A DNA stretch of 64,000 nt from the NCBI GenBank assembly GCA_963744995.1, contig CAVUWA010000004.1, positions 160,001-224,000 of the forward strand, read 5' to 3'. The stretch's first letter is position 1. The number at the start of each line of letters is the position of its first letter. Below the pieces are notes generated by a model. That model worked only from the letters and a program-made list of their open reading frames with translations. It was not told the DNA's origin and did no database searches. Position numbers and translations under genes: made by a program. Of this stretch, positions 49,310 through 58,740 are shown piece after piece. The stretch is from Candidatus Eiseniibacteriota bacterium (GTDB lineage Bacteria > Eisenbacteria > RBG-16-71-46).

Positions 49310-49619
49310 GGGTACTCGTGAGCCCTTCGAGGTCGAGCTATCTCCACCTTGCGCGATAGAGCTCGAGGCTAGGTGCGACGAAATTACCCGCGCGCGACAC
49401 GTTTACGATGGCCTGATCTGGCGTATCGCGCGTGACCCGAGGTGTGGGGCCCTACTGCCCCTGCGCGATCCGAAGCACCCTGATGCGGAGTTGCGTATGG
49501 CGAAGACTAGGATGACGCCAAATCTCCCCATAGTCTGCCTGATCTACCGTGTTCAGGAGCGGCGGGTTACGATTCTGCGCCTGCGTGTCTCCAAGCCGGG
49601 CCACGATCCGATCCTCTAG
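49293..49619 (+). CDS. RelE/ParE-like toxin candidate
   Basis: 108 aa, overlaps the Panacea gene; VELSP...IARDP..G...LR...LIYRV...VTILRL pattern. Confidence 0.6.
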   Translation: MPETAEGTREPFEVELSPPCAIELEARCDEITRARHVYDGLIWRIARDPRCGALLPLRDPKHPDAELRMAKTRMTPNLPIVCLIYRVQERRVTILRLRVSKPGHDPIL

Positions 49620-49665
49620 CCTCTGCGAGAAGGCTCATCTGCCGACAAGTTGGCCGTCGGCCGCA

Positions 49666-51015
49666 TCAGGATTCTGGAACTGACCGGCCCAGTCTTCGGG
49701 CAGCCGTGGAGTGAGGTCTGCGCCTGACGGGGCCCTTCGCTCTCCCAGCGCGCTGCTGCATCGACGCCAAATCACTCCCCGGGCCGTCCGTGAAGAAGAA
49801 CGACGGCGCGTCCGGGCGGTGCGCCAATGCTCGCTCCACGCCTTCGAGGCTGTACCGCCCACCATGCGGATGCATCCCCAGCAGGAAGACGCGCGCCGCG
49901 GTGGCCGCGTAGTCGTCACGCATCTTGCTCGCGTAGCGGTAGCGGCGCATGGGCTTTCTTCTGTTCCATTGCCGCAGGAGGCGTGGCCAGTCGGGGGGCA
50001 CACCGCTTCGCGCGATCTGCTCGCCAACGAAGTCCAATAAGGAGAGGTTGCCGTTTTCGATCGGCCGTCGAACCGGACAGCCGGTCATGCGCCTCTGCTC
50101 GGCGGCGTAGGCCGCCGCGACCGCGTCGGGCGAGACGTGAGGGAGCGCCTTCACCGTAATCCACGCCTGCGTGGCGACACACTCTGGCTCAGGATCGTGG
50201 GCAGCAACCCGCGCACTCGATCCAGGGCTCAGCCCAAAGAACGTCGACCTCCCGACGGTGAGCGATTCGAGAGTTGGGACTTCGCCCGTAAGCAGGAACC
50301 AAATTGCCTCAGCGTTTGACCAGCCATATTCGCTACCAGTGATCGAGGCGTTGCCGTCCACGCTTGCCAGAAACGAGCGGGGCTCGACGCTCACGGCAAG
50401 CTTGTGACCTGGTAGTTGGCGCGGCTTCGCCCCCGCCGTTCGCGGTGCGATCCACGCCACCGAGGTCTTGCGCCACTTCACGCTGACCCTCATGAACTCC
50501 AACACGTCCCGCCCGTCACCTGGCGCCTCCAGCCTAACGGTGGAGGTGTGGGTACCGTCGAGCGGGACGCCACTCTCCCGGAGCTCGTCCCAACTGAGAT
50601 AGCGGAGGGCCACGGAGGTCAGGAGCTTTCGAGCTTTGCTCGGGGACAGCGTTCCGGCGGGATTCCCCGTGAGAGTTCGGCGAAACATCCTGACTCCCAG
50701 GTCTGCCGCCGCGAGGCGAGCGACGTGCCGAGCGAAGACCCGGGCGCGCTCGCGCTCAAGCGAGGTCCCTCCGACAGCGCGCGAAACCGCCACGGCCCGG
50801 CCAGGTTGACTTCGCGGTGTCGGTGGGGCCAGGGCGGTCTCGTCGAGCGCCACGGCCTCGTCGTGGTCCAGAACACTGCCTTGATCAAACGCATTCAAGA
50901 GTGCGTCCACGTTCTCCTCGTTCACATGCTCGCCGGCGTGTTCGAGAAACGCCCTTGCGCCCCGCCCGAGGTCGCGGCCTTCGATCAGCGTGCGCAACTT
51001 TGGGTGCATTGCCAT
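49666..51015 (-). CDS. Hypothetical protein divergent from the replication operon (possible regulator)
   Basis: 449-aa ORF with GGAGGT RBS; AT-rich divergent intergenic region 51030-51060. Confidence 0.55.
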   Translation of the reverse strand: MAMHPKLRTLIEGRDLGRGARAFLEHAGEHVNEENVDALLNAFDQGSVLDHDEAVALDETALAPPTPRSQPGRAVAVSRAVGGTSLERERARVFARHVARLAAADLGVRMFRRTLTGNPAGTLSPSKARKLLTSVALRYLSWDELRESGVPLDGTHTSTVRLEAPGDGRDVLEFMRVSVKWRKTSVAWIAPRTAGAKPRQLPGHKLAVSVEPRSFLASVDGNASITGSEYGWSNAEAIWFLLTGEVPTLESLTVGRSTFFGLSPGSSARVAAHDPEPECVATQAWITVKALPHVSPDAVAAAYAAEQRRMTGCPVRRPIENGNLSLLDFVGEQIARSGVPPDWPRLLRQWNRRKPMRRYRYASKMRDDYAATAARVFLLGMHPHGGRYSLEGVERALAHRPDAPSFFFTDGPGSDLASMQQRAGRAKGPVRRRPHSTAARRLGRSVPES

Positions 51016-51106
51016 GCCACCTCCAGCGTGTTCCGATAATTAGCTTGAATATATGGCAGGCTAAGCTGCGCGTCGCCAGTTGGCAACCGGAGATCGGAGG
51101 CGAGGG

Positions 51107-51355
51107 ATGAATCCAGGCGGAGGACCGCTCCTGCGAGTCCGCGACATAGCGGCCGAACTGGGCTGCACCCGAGCATACGCCTACAGGCTCATCGCGCGAG
51201 GGGCAATCCCAAGCGTTCGAGTCGGGAATGCGATCCGAATACCTCGTGGAGCGTGGTTGGCGTGGTTGGTGGGTAAGGATCGCGAGGCGCTGCGGGCACT
51301 GACGAGCTGCGACCCCGGAGCCCGCCAGCGCAAGCCGCTGAAGCGAGTGCGGTGA
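51107..51355 (+). CDS. Excisionase-family HTH protein
   Basis: LLRVRDIAAELGCTRAYAYRLIARGAIPSVRVGNAIRIP. Confidence 0.85.
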   Translation: MNPGGGPLLRVRDIAAELGCTRAYAYRLIARGAIPSVRVGNAIRIPRGAWLAWLVGKDREALRALTSCDPGARQRKPLKRVR

Positions 51356-51394
51356 CGGGATGAACGAGGCGCTCGCGCCACTTGAGGAGCAACG

Positions 51395-52369
51395 ATGCAG
51401 CGACGCAACAAGAATGACGGCCCGGCACCATTGCCGATTCTACGATTGCTCGCAGCCCTGGAGCACGCCGGCTGCGCACCGCGTCGCGCCGGCTCGCGGT
51501 GGGTTAGCCACTGCCCGGCGCACGACGACCAAGCCCCCAGCGTGTCCATCACCGAAGGCGATGACCACCGGGTACTCGTCCACTGCTTCGCTGGCTGCGA
51601 GCTGGAGCGCATCCTGCAAGCGCTCGACTTCGGCATCTCCGAGCTGTTCGCGTCCAGCCGGCATACGGCCCGCGCCGGGATGGGAGCGCCTTGCGGTGCT
51701 CAGAAATCCACGCCGTGCCACAAGCAGCGGCCACCCAAGCAGCAGGTTCACGCCCTATGGGCCCGGTGTCGTCCCCTGGATCAGGATCGTGAGACATCGG
51801 CTTGGGCAAGCACACGCGGCCTCGATCCGTTCACGATCGCTGACCGTGATCTCTGCCGGGCGCTGCCCGCCGATGCCACGGTGCCGGGCTGGGCACATCT
51901 CGGAGGGGCTCCGTGGCCAGAGGGCGGTTATCGCCTCGTGCTCCCGCTCTACGACCCGAGTGGCCGGATCGCGAGCCTACACGCGCGCAACGTGAGGCCA
52001 GATGCAGTGCCAAAGGGAGCGTTGCCGGCCAGCTACGCGGCGTCCGGGCTGATCATGGCGGAGGGAGGCGCGGCCCAGATGCTCGCTGGTGGGGTGTGGC
52101 AACCTCACGACGTGTGGATTGCCGAAGGTGTGCCGGACTTCCTCACGCTGGCCTCGGACTTCAATGATGCGGACGACGAATCCGTCGTTCTCGGCGTGGT
52201 CTCCGGGTCGTGGTCGAAGGAGATCGCCGATCGGATCCCCGAAGAGTGCCGCGTGGTGGTTGCAACCCACGACGATTCAGCGGGCGAACGGTACGCCTCC
52301 ACCATCGCCACCACCCTCACACCCCGCCAGCAATTGTTCCGCTGGAGCGCCCTGGCCAACGAGGCATGA
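51395..52369 (+). CDS. Primase (CHC2 Zn finger + Toprim)
   Basis: CPAHDD..PS...HCFAGC; IAEGVPDFL; THDDSAG. Confidence 0.8.
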   Translation: MQRRNKNDGPAPLPILRLLAALEHAGCAPRRAGSRWVSHCPAHDDQAPSVSITEGDDHRVLVHCFAGCELERILQALDFGISELFASSRHTARAGMGAPCGAQKSTPCHKQRPPKQQVHALWARCRPLDQDRETSAWASTRGLDPFTIADRDLCRALPADATVPGWAHLGGAPWPEGGYRLVLPLYDPSGRIASLHARNVRPDAVPKGALPASYAASGLIMAEGGAAQMLAGGVWQPHDVWIAEGVPDFLTLASDFNDADDESVVLGVVSGSWSKEIADRIPEECRVVVATHDDSAGERYASTIATTLTPRQQLFRWSALANEA

Positions 52370-53580
52370 GCGTGAGCAACACGGGGATCAACGAGGCTGG
52401 CGGTCGCAAGGGGGGAACAGTCACGCCCATCTCTGACCGGCCCGAGGAAATTCATTCTGCCGCTCCTCAGGATGGGTGTTCCGGCAGAAAGAATCTCGTG
52501 TTCCGGACGGCCAAGGATATTGCGGCGATGACGGCCTCCGACGTGCCATGGATCGCCAAACCATGGGTCGCACGCGGTTCCATCACGGACCTCGTCGGCA
52601 AGGTCAAGTTGGCAGGCAAGACTACGTTCACCGCTGAGCTGGTCGCTGCGGTGCTCGATGGTCGTGACTTCCTCGATGAAACAACCGTAAAGACACCGGT
52701 CTTGTGGCTGACGGAGCAGAACGCGACCACGTTTCGCCAAGCCCTTGGGCGGGCCGGGCTTGTGGATCGTGAAGACCTCTTCGTTCTCTTCTGGCACGAG
52801 ACCCTAGGGGTACCGTGGGAGGAAGTCGCCGCCGCCGCACTCGAGGAGGCCCAACGGCGCGGCGCGGGCCTGCTTGTCGTGGACACCCTGGGGCAATTCG
52901 CCGGCCTGAGAGGTGATTCTGAGAACAGCGCCGGGGACGCTTTGAGAGCCGTCGAGCCGCTCCAGAAGGCGGCGGCAACGGGCCTTGGTGTCATCGTGGT
53001 CCGCCACGAGCGCAAGAGTGGTGGGGATGTCGGGGATTCGGGGCGCGGATCATCGGCATTCGCCGGAGCGGTGGACATCGTCCTGGCTCTCCGGCGCCCG
53101 AACAAGAGCAAGCGCCCCACGATCCGGCAGCTCGGCGCGCTGTCGCGATTCGACGAGACGCCGTCCGAGCTCATGATCGAATTAGCGGAGACGGGCTATT
53201 TGGTCCTCGGATCCGAAAGGGATGTCGCCCATCAGGAAGCGAGGGAAGCAATCCTGAGGGAGGCGCCATCGGCGGAAGACCAGGCGTTGAGCTTCGATGA
53301 GCTCCTCACGCGGCTTCCGGGAGTGAAGCGCACCGTCGCCCAAACTGCACTCGGCAGACTTCGAGATTCCTCGGAGATGAATCGCATCGGGGCGGGGAAG
53401 AAGGGCCACCCCTTCCGTTGGTACCGGTCGGCATCCAAGGGAGGGGCGGCCGAGGATCCATTTGGCCGGATGCCCACTTCCCATAGCGGCAGAATCAATC
53501 TCGTGGCCGCCGGCGACTCCGCGCCTCAGGGTATACGCAGCCACTCCGAGTCGGGCGGCGAGCTGGATGGGCGGACATGA
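52366..53580 (+). CDS. AAA_25/RepA-like replicative helicase
   Basis: GKVKLAGKTT, LVVDTL, VVRHERK, RGSSAFAGAVD; ATGA overlap with the primase. Confidence 0.85.
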   Translation: MSVSNTGINEAGGRKGGTVTPISDRPEEIHSAAPQDGCSGRKNLVFRTAKDIAAMTASDVPWIAKPWVARGSITDLVGKVKLAGKTTFTAELVAAVLDGRDFLDETTVKTPVLWLTEQNATTFRQALGRAGLVDREDLFVLFWHETLGVPWEEVAAAALEEAQRRGAGLLVVDTLGQFAGLRGDSENSAGDALRAVEPLQKAAATGLGVIVVRHERKSGGDVGDSGRGSSAFAGAVDIVLALRRPNKSKRPTIRQLGALSRFDETPSELMIELAETGYLVLGSERDVAHQEAREAILREAPSAEDQALSFDELLTRLPGVKRTVAQTALGRLRDSSEMNRIGAGKKGHPFRWYRSASKGGAAEDPFGRMPTSHSGRINLVAAGDSAPQGIRSHSESGGELDGRT

Positions 53581-53924
53581 GACTCGAAGTCGAGGCGCTC
53601 CGGATCGGGCTCACGGCTTTGGCGTCGTCGCCGAGCGATGTCCCATGCGAGCAAGTACCCGATCTCGTGGCAGAGCTCGCACGAGCGCACGCAGCGCTTC
53701 TCACCGTGGCGAGCCGTCCGCCAGCTGCCATGCCCCGGACGGAAGACCGCGCCAACGAGGACCGAATGCTCGACGTTGAGGAAGCCGCGGCGATGCTCGG
53801 GGTCTCGAAGCGCTGGCTCTACCGACACGCGAAGCAACTGCCGTTCACCCGCCCAATCTCCCCGAAAATCGTCCGTTTCTCGCGGGTCGGGATCCAGCGC
53901 TGGCTGGCTTCAAGAAGGACTTGA
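53577..53924 (+). CDS. Excisionase/AlpA-like HTH protein
   Basis: MLDVEEAAAMLGVSKRWLYR...VRFSR..IQRWL, directly before the integrase. Confidence 0.8.
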   Translation: MRLEVEALRIGLTALASSPSDVPCEQVPDLVAELARAHAALLTVASRPPAAMPRTEDRANEDRMLDVEEAAAMLGVSKRWLYRHAKQLPFTRPISPKIVRFSRVGIQRWLASRRT

Positions 53925-53955
53925 ACCCGTGGGCAGACAGAGCCAACCTAAAGGC

Positions 53956-55073
53956 ATGAAACGAGTTCGAGGAACGGGTCGGTTCTACCAGCGAGGCGAG
54001 ACCTGGTGGATCCAGTACCGGCACATGGGGCGCCTGTATCGGGAGTCGTCGGGCTCATGCTCGGCAATCTCAGGCTGTGAAACTCCTCAATCGGCGGCTT
54101 GGGGAAATCGGGCAGGGGCGCCTCGCGGGGCCCGACGTCGAGCGCACCACTTTCGAAGATCTCGCCGAAATGCTCTTCGACGACTACCGGGTCAACGGGC
54201 GGAAGTCGCTCGACCGTGCCCAGCGCTCGGTCAAGCACTTGAGCAGAATCTTCGGCCGCGCGCGGGTCCTCGACATCACCGCGGACCGGGTTAGTGCCTA
54301 CGTGCGGTCGCGGATGGCGGTGGCGAAGCCCGCGACGATCCGGCTTGAACTCGCGGCGCTCAAACGGATGATCACGCTCGGCCTGCGGGCGGGGAAGGTG
54401 GCTCATCGACCCTATTTCCCCTCGCTGGCTGTTCAGAACGCGAGGGTCGGGTTCTTCGAGCAGGCCGAGCTGCAGGCGGTCCTCGCCGAACTCCCCGTGG
54501 ACGTCGCGGCACTGGTCCAGTTCCTGGCCTTAACCGGCTGGCGACTCTCCGAAGCCAAGACGCTCCGCTGGACGCAGGTGGACAGCGTCGGTGGTGTCGT
54601 GCGGCTGGAGGTGGGGAGCACGAAGTCGGGAGCGGGCAGGGTCTTCCCGTTCGCAGCGTTGCCGGCGCTTGCGAGCCTCATTCGCACGCAGCGTGAGATC
54701 ACATCCGCGCTCGAGCGGGAACAGGGGCGCCTCATCCCGTTCGTGTTCCATCGTCGCAGGCGAGCCCATCCGCAGTTTCCATCACGCATGGCGCAGCGCC
54801 TGCGCGCGTGCGGGCGTGCCAGGGCGTCTGGTCCACGATCTGAGGCGAACCGCCGCACGGGATCTGGTCCGCAGTGGAGTGCCCGAGCGAACGGCGATGG
54901 CGTTGCTCGGGCATAAGACCAGGAGCATCTTTGACCGCTACAACATCGTGAACGAGGCCGACCTTGCCGACGGCGTTCGCAAGCTCGCAGCCTTCCGGCC
55001 GGCGGACTCGGGGCTGGCGCGCCGCGTCGTGCCTCTCGCAGATGCGGAAGATCCGAGAATGAGCACAGTTTGA
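53956..55073 (+). CDS. int: Tyrosine integrase, frameshifts near 54065 and 54757
   Basis: Arm-binding N-terminus ([14 protein letters not shown]); TGWRLSE, TKSG, HDLRRT, LGHKT..IFDRY. Confidence 0.9.
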
Positions 55074-55079
55074 GCACAA
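55061..55079 (+). promoter_or_regulatory. Putative integrase arm-type sites (right end)
   Basis: GAGCACAG-ttt-GAGCACAA. Confidence 0.65.
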
Positions 55080-55137
55080 TTCACGGTGGAGGGCGTGATG
55101 CGCCGCGCGCGTCGAACTGCTAACTCGTTGCGAGGCT

Positions 55138-55224
55138 TGGTGCCGGAGGGGGGACTTGAACCCCCACTCGGTTGCCCGAACGGGATTTTGAGTCCCGCGC
55201 GTCTGCCAGTTTCGCCACTCCGGC
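55138..55224 (-). tRNA. tRNA-Leu(CAA), integration target
   Basis: Cloverleaf: GCCGGAG acceptor stem, CGGGA-CTCAAAA-TCCCG anticodon arm, long variable arm, GGGGG-TTCAAGT-CCCCC T-arm, ACCA end. Confidence 0.97.
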
Positions 55225-55384
55225 ACGATGTGCACCGGCGCAGTCGCCCGGTGCGTTGGAGCGGGCGATCATAACGCGCCTCGCGCGCCGGGCGAAGTCG
55301 CCGCCCTCGTCCGCGATCCTCCCGTTTGGCGCGGGGGCCGCGCCTCTCTAGTATGCCCGGCAACCAACTCCATGGGGGCCGCGC

Positions 55385-58084
55385 ATGATCGGGAAACGCA
55401 TCGTCCATTACGAGGTTCGCGAGAAGCTGGGCGCCGGAGGCATGGGCGAAGTCTGGCGTGCGAGCGACAGCAAGCTCGGCCGCGACGTGGCGCTGAAGAT
55501 GCTTCCCGAGCACCTGGCGCACGACACCGAGCGCATGGCGCGCTTCCAGCGCGAAGCGCAGGTGCTGGCCTCCCTCAACCACGCGAACATCGGCGCAATC
55601 TACGGGCTCGAATCGGCCGAAGGCGTGACCTGCCTGGTGCTCGAGCTGGTGCGCGGCGAGACGCTGGCCGATCGCATCCAGCGCGGCGCATTGCCGCTCG
55701 ATGAGGCGCTCGACATCGCGCGGCAGATCGCCGACGCGATGGAAGCGGCGCACGACCAGGGCGTGCTGCATCGCGACCTCAAGCCCGGCAACGTGATGAT
55801 CACGCCCGAGGGCACGGTCAAGGTGCTCGACTTCGGGCTCGCCAAGGCCTTCGAAGGCGAGGCCGGATCCGACAGCCTCAGCATGTCGCCGACGATCACC
55901 GCGCGGAACACGATGGCGGGCGTGATCCTCGGCACGGCGGGCTACATGAGCCCGGAGCAGGCGAAGGGCAAACAGGTGGACCGCCGCGCGGACATCTGGT
56001 CATTCGGCGTCGTCCTGTTCGAGATGCTCGCCGGGCGGCAGGCGTTCACGGGCGAGACGGCCTCCGAGGTGCTCGCCGCAGTGATGATGCGCGAGATCGA
56101 ATGGGACCAGCTGCCGAAGAATCTGCCCCTGCCGATCCTGCGGCTGCTCAGGCGCTGCCTCGAAAAGGACCCGCGCCGGCGCCTGCGCGACATCGGCGAA
56201 GCGCGGCTGATCATCGAGGACTACATCGCGAATCCCGCTGCGGCCGAGGCGGCGCTGGCGCCGGCGGCGGCGCCGGCGGCGTCGTCACCCGCTTCGCGCT
56301 GGCCATGGATCGCCGCCGCCGCGGCGGCGCTGATCGCGGTGCTCGTCGCCTGGGCGCCGTGGCGCGCGCCGGCGAAGCCGCCGGACGTGATGGAATTCGA
56401 TGTCGAGCTGGCTCCCGAGCCACTGTTCTCGGGCTACGGCGCGGCGGCGGTGCTGTCGCGGCAGGGCGACCGGATCGCCTTCTGCACCGACGGCGACGAC
56501 CGCACGATGTTCGTGCGGGATCTTTCGGATCCCGTGCCGCGCGAGATCGCGGGGACGACCGAGGCCTACCATCAGTTCTTCTCGCCCGAAGGCGACTGGA
56601 TCGGGTTCTTCACGCGCACGGAATTGAAGAAGGTTTCGATCCGCGGCGGGGCGCCGCTGGTCCTGGCGCCGGTGGCGCTCAACCGCGGCGGCACCTGGAC
56701 CGACGACGGACAGATCATCTACGCGCCGAATCCGAACAGCGGTCTCATGGCGATCCCGGCGGCGGGCGGCGAGGCGCATGCCGTGACCCAGCTCGATTCG
56801 ACCTCGGGCGAGACCTCGCACCGCTGGCCGCACGTGATTCCCGGTCGCGGCGCGGTGCTCTTCACGGTGTTCAACAACTCGCCGGGACTGGTGCAGGGCC
56901 GGCTGGAAGTGCTCGATCTGAAGACCGGCACGCGCAAGCTCCTGCACCACGGCGGCACGGACCCGCGCTATGTACCCGGCTACATCCTCTACGTGTACGA
57001 GCAGACGCTGTTCGCGCTGCCCTTCGACGTCCAGAAGCTCGAGGTGAAGGGAACGCCGGTGCCGCTGGTCGAGAAGCTGCGCTCGTCTCCGGCCGAAGGC
57101 GCGGCGCAGTACGACGTCTCCATGAACGGCACGCTGATCGGCATGTTCGGCGAGGCCGCGTCAGCGGACCAGGCCGAGCTGGTGCGGGTGCTGCTGAACG
57201 GCGGGAGGGAGGACGTCCTCATCGAGCCCATGGACATTTACGGGCCCGCGGTGTCCCCCGACGGTCAGCGCGTGGCTTACACGCTGGGTTCGTTCGCGCT
57301 GGCGGACGTCTGGGTGCTCGACCTTGCGCGCGGAACGCGCACGCGGTTCACCTTCGCCGAGGGCAAGCCGGACTGGCACCCGATCTGGTCCCCGGACGGC
57401 AAATCGATCGCGTATTCCTCGGGCGATGGGGGCACGAGCGGGAGCCAGGCCACCGTGAAGGCGGCGGACGGATCCGGCGAGCCGCTGCGACTCTCCGACG
57501 CGCAGCGCTTCCAGCTGCCGGAGCAGTGGACACCGGACGGCTCGACGCTCCTGTGCAGCTCGAACGCTTCGGGAAACTGGGGAATCTGGAGGCTCGATGC
57601 GCACGAGCCCGGAACGCCCGAGGTGGTGCTCGATTCGCCGGCGACCGAGACGTCGCCCCGTCTCTCGGTGGACGGCCGCTGGCTGGCCTACGAGTCCACG
57701 GAGTCGGGCCGCCAGGAAGTCTACGTTCGGCCCTTCCCGGGCCCCGGCGGCAAGTGGCAGATCTCGACGCGCGGCGGCCAGGAGCCGCGCTGGGCGCGGC
57801 ATGGCAGCGAGCTCTTCTATCGCACGGAAGACTCGCTGTATTCGGTTCCGATCGCGGCCCGCGGCAGCACGATCGATGTCGGGCAGCCGCGCGGGCGGTT
57901 GAAGTTGCCCTCGGGCCCCGGGTCCTTTCCGGGCTCGTATGACCTGATGCCGGATGGCAGCGCAGTGATTCTCGTCCGCGACGCCCAGAAGGAACGTGAC
58001 GCGGCGCCGCTCAGGCGCGTGCGGCTCACGCTCCACTGGTTCCAGCGCCTGCACACGCTGATGCAGCCGGTGGCGTCGAAGTAG
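55385..58084 (+). CDS. Ser/Thr kinase with TM helix and TolB/PD40 propellers
   Basis: LGAGGMGEVW, HRDLKPGN, DFGLAK, GTAGYMSPEQ; WSPDG repeats. Confidence 0.93.
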   Translation: MIGKRIVHYEVREKLGAGGMGEVWRASDSKLGRDVALKMLPEHLAHDTERMARFQREAQVLASLNHANIGAIYGLESAEGVTCLVLELVRGETLADRIQRGALPLDEALDIARQIADAMEAAHDQGVLHRDLKPGNVMITPEGTVKVLDFGLAKAFEGEAGSDSLSMSPTITARNTMAGVILGTAGYMSPEQAKGKQVDRRADIWSFGVVLFEMLAGRQAFTGETASEVLAAVMMREIEWDQLPKNLPLPILRLLRRCLEKDPRRRLRDIGEARLIIEDYIANPAAAEAALAPAAAPAASSPASRWPWIAAAAAALIAVLVAWAPWRAPAKPPDVMEFDVELAPEPLFSGYGAAAVLSRQGDRIAFCTDGDDRTMFVRDLSDPVPREIAGTTEAYHQFFSPEGDWIGFFTRTELKKVSIRGGAPLVLAPVALNRGGTWTDDGQIIYAPNPNSGLMAIPAAGGEAHAVTQLDSTSGETSHRWPHVIPGRGAVLFTVFNNSPGLVQGRLEVLDLKTGTRKLLHHGGTDPRYVPGYILYVYEQTLFALPFDVQKLEVKGTPVPLVEKLRSSPAEGAAQYDVSMNGTLIGMFGEAASADQAELVRVLLNGGREDVLIEPMDIYGPAVSPDGQRVAYTLGSFALADVWVLDLARGTRTRFTFAEGKPDWHPIWSPDGKSIAYSSGDGGTSGSQATVKAADGSGEPLRLSDAQRFQLPEQWTPDGSTLLCSSNASGNWGIWRLDAHEPGTPEVVLDSPATETSPRLSVDGRWLAYESTESGRQEVYVRPFPGPGGKWQISTRGGQEPRWARHGSELFYRTEDSLYSVPIAARGSTIDVGQPRGRLKLPSGPGSFPGSYDLMPDGSAVILVRDAQKERDAAPLRRVRLTLHWFQRLHTLMQPVASK

Positions 58085-58740
58085 GCGGGCGGCGACGGCG
58101 GCACCGTGCGCCCGTGGCGCCGCAGGCGGCAGACCGTCGCGGGGGGAGGACTCGAGGTTGCGCCTCCCGCGCCCGCTCGATCGCTTTGAGCGTCCGTGTG
58201 TACGTGGTGCCGCTCGCGCCGCCCGCGTCCACCGCACGCCGCGCCAGACGCGCAGCGCCGCAGCGGCCGCGCTGCGCCGCCACAACCCCGTGTTCTGCAA
58301 CGCGCCATGGGAGTTCCTTCACGAACAGGGCGAGCAAGCCGGTCCTGCTCCAGCGTGACGACAGCTCGGGCGCCTGCTCGATGATCGGAACAGCGAGCCG
58401 CGTGCTCCCCTGAGGGTGGCCGATGGTCCTGCCATGCCGCGCGCCGTGCACGCGCCGAACGGATCGAGTCCCTCGAACCGGACGCCCCGCGTTTTCCGGC
58501 AGGCCGCACCCGGACCTGGCCCCTGCCGCTGAGCGCTGCCGTGGATGGAAACCGGCAGAGGCTTTTCGCCGCGCATGAATTGCATTGTCCGGGACCGAGG
58601 TTGCCCATAAGATCAAGTCCAGCGACCGATCGAAACCGGCCGCCGCCCTCCCAGATACCCGGGCACCGCACTCAGCGGGCCCGGGCGTTTGTATACCCCG
58701 CGCCCCCCGTGGCGGACACATCCATGCAGGAGAGTTCTCC

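Larger units (their letters stand above)
18785..55194. mobile_element. tRNA-Leu-integrated element (phage satellite-like or capsid-less prophage) with defence cargo
   Basis: 57-bp direct repeat of the tRNA 3' half at both ends; integrase next to the tRNA; xis, primase, helicase and terminase genes; codon usage visibly less GC-biased than the flanks. Confidence 0.92.

Noticed and set aside
30185..55073. Programmed frameshifting in terL, drmD or int
   Set aside because: No slippery heptamers at the breaks, and similar indels occur in an ordinary host MFS gene.
58090..58700. Riboswitch or ncRNA in the long intergenic region
   Set aside because: GC-rich with possible hairpins but no family motif I can recognise; an Rfam scan would be needed.
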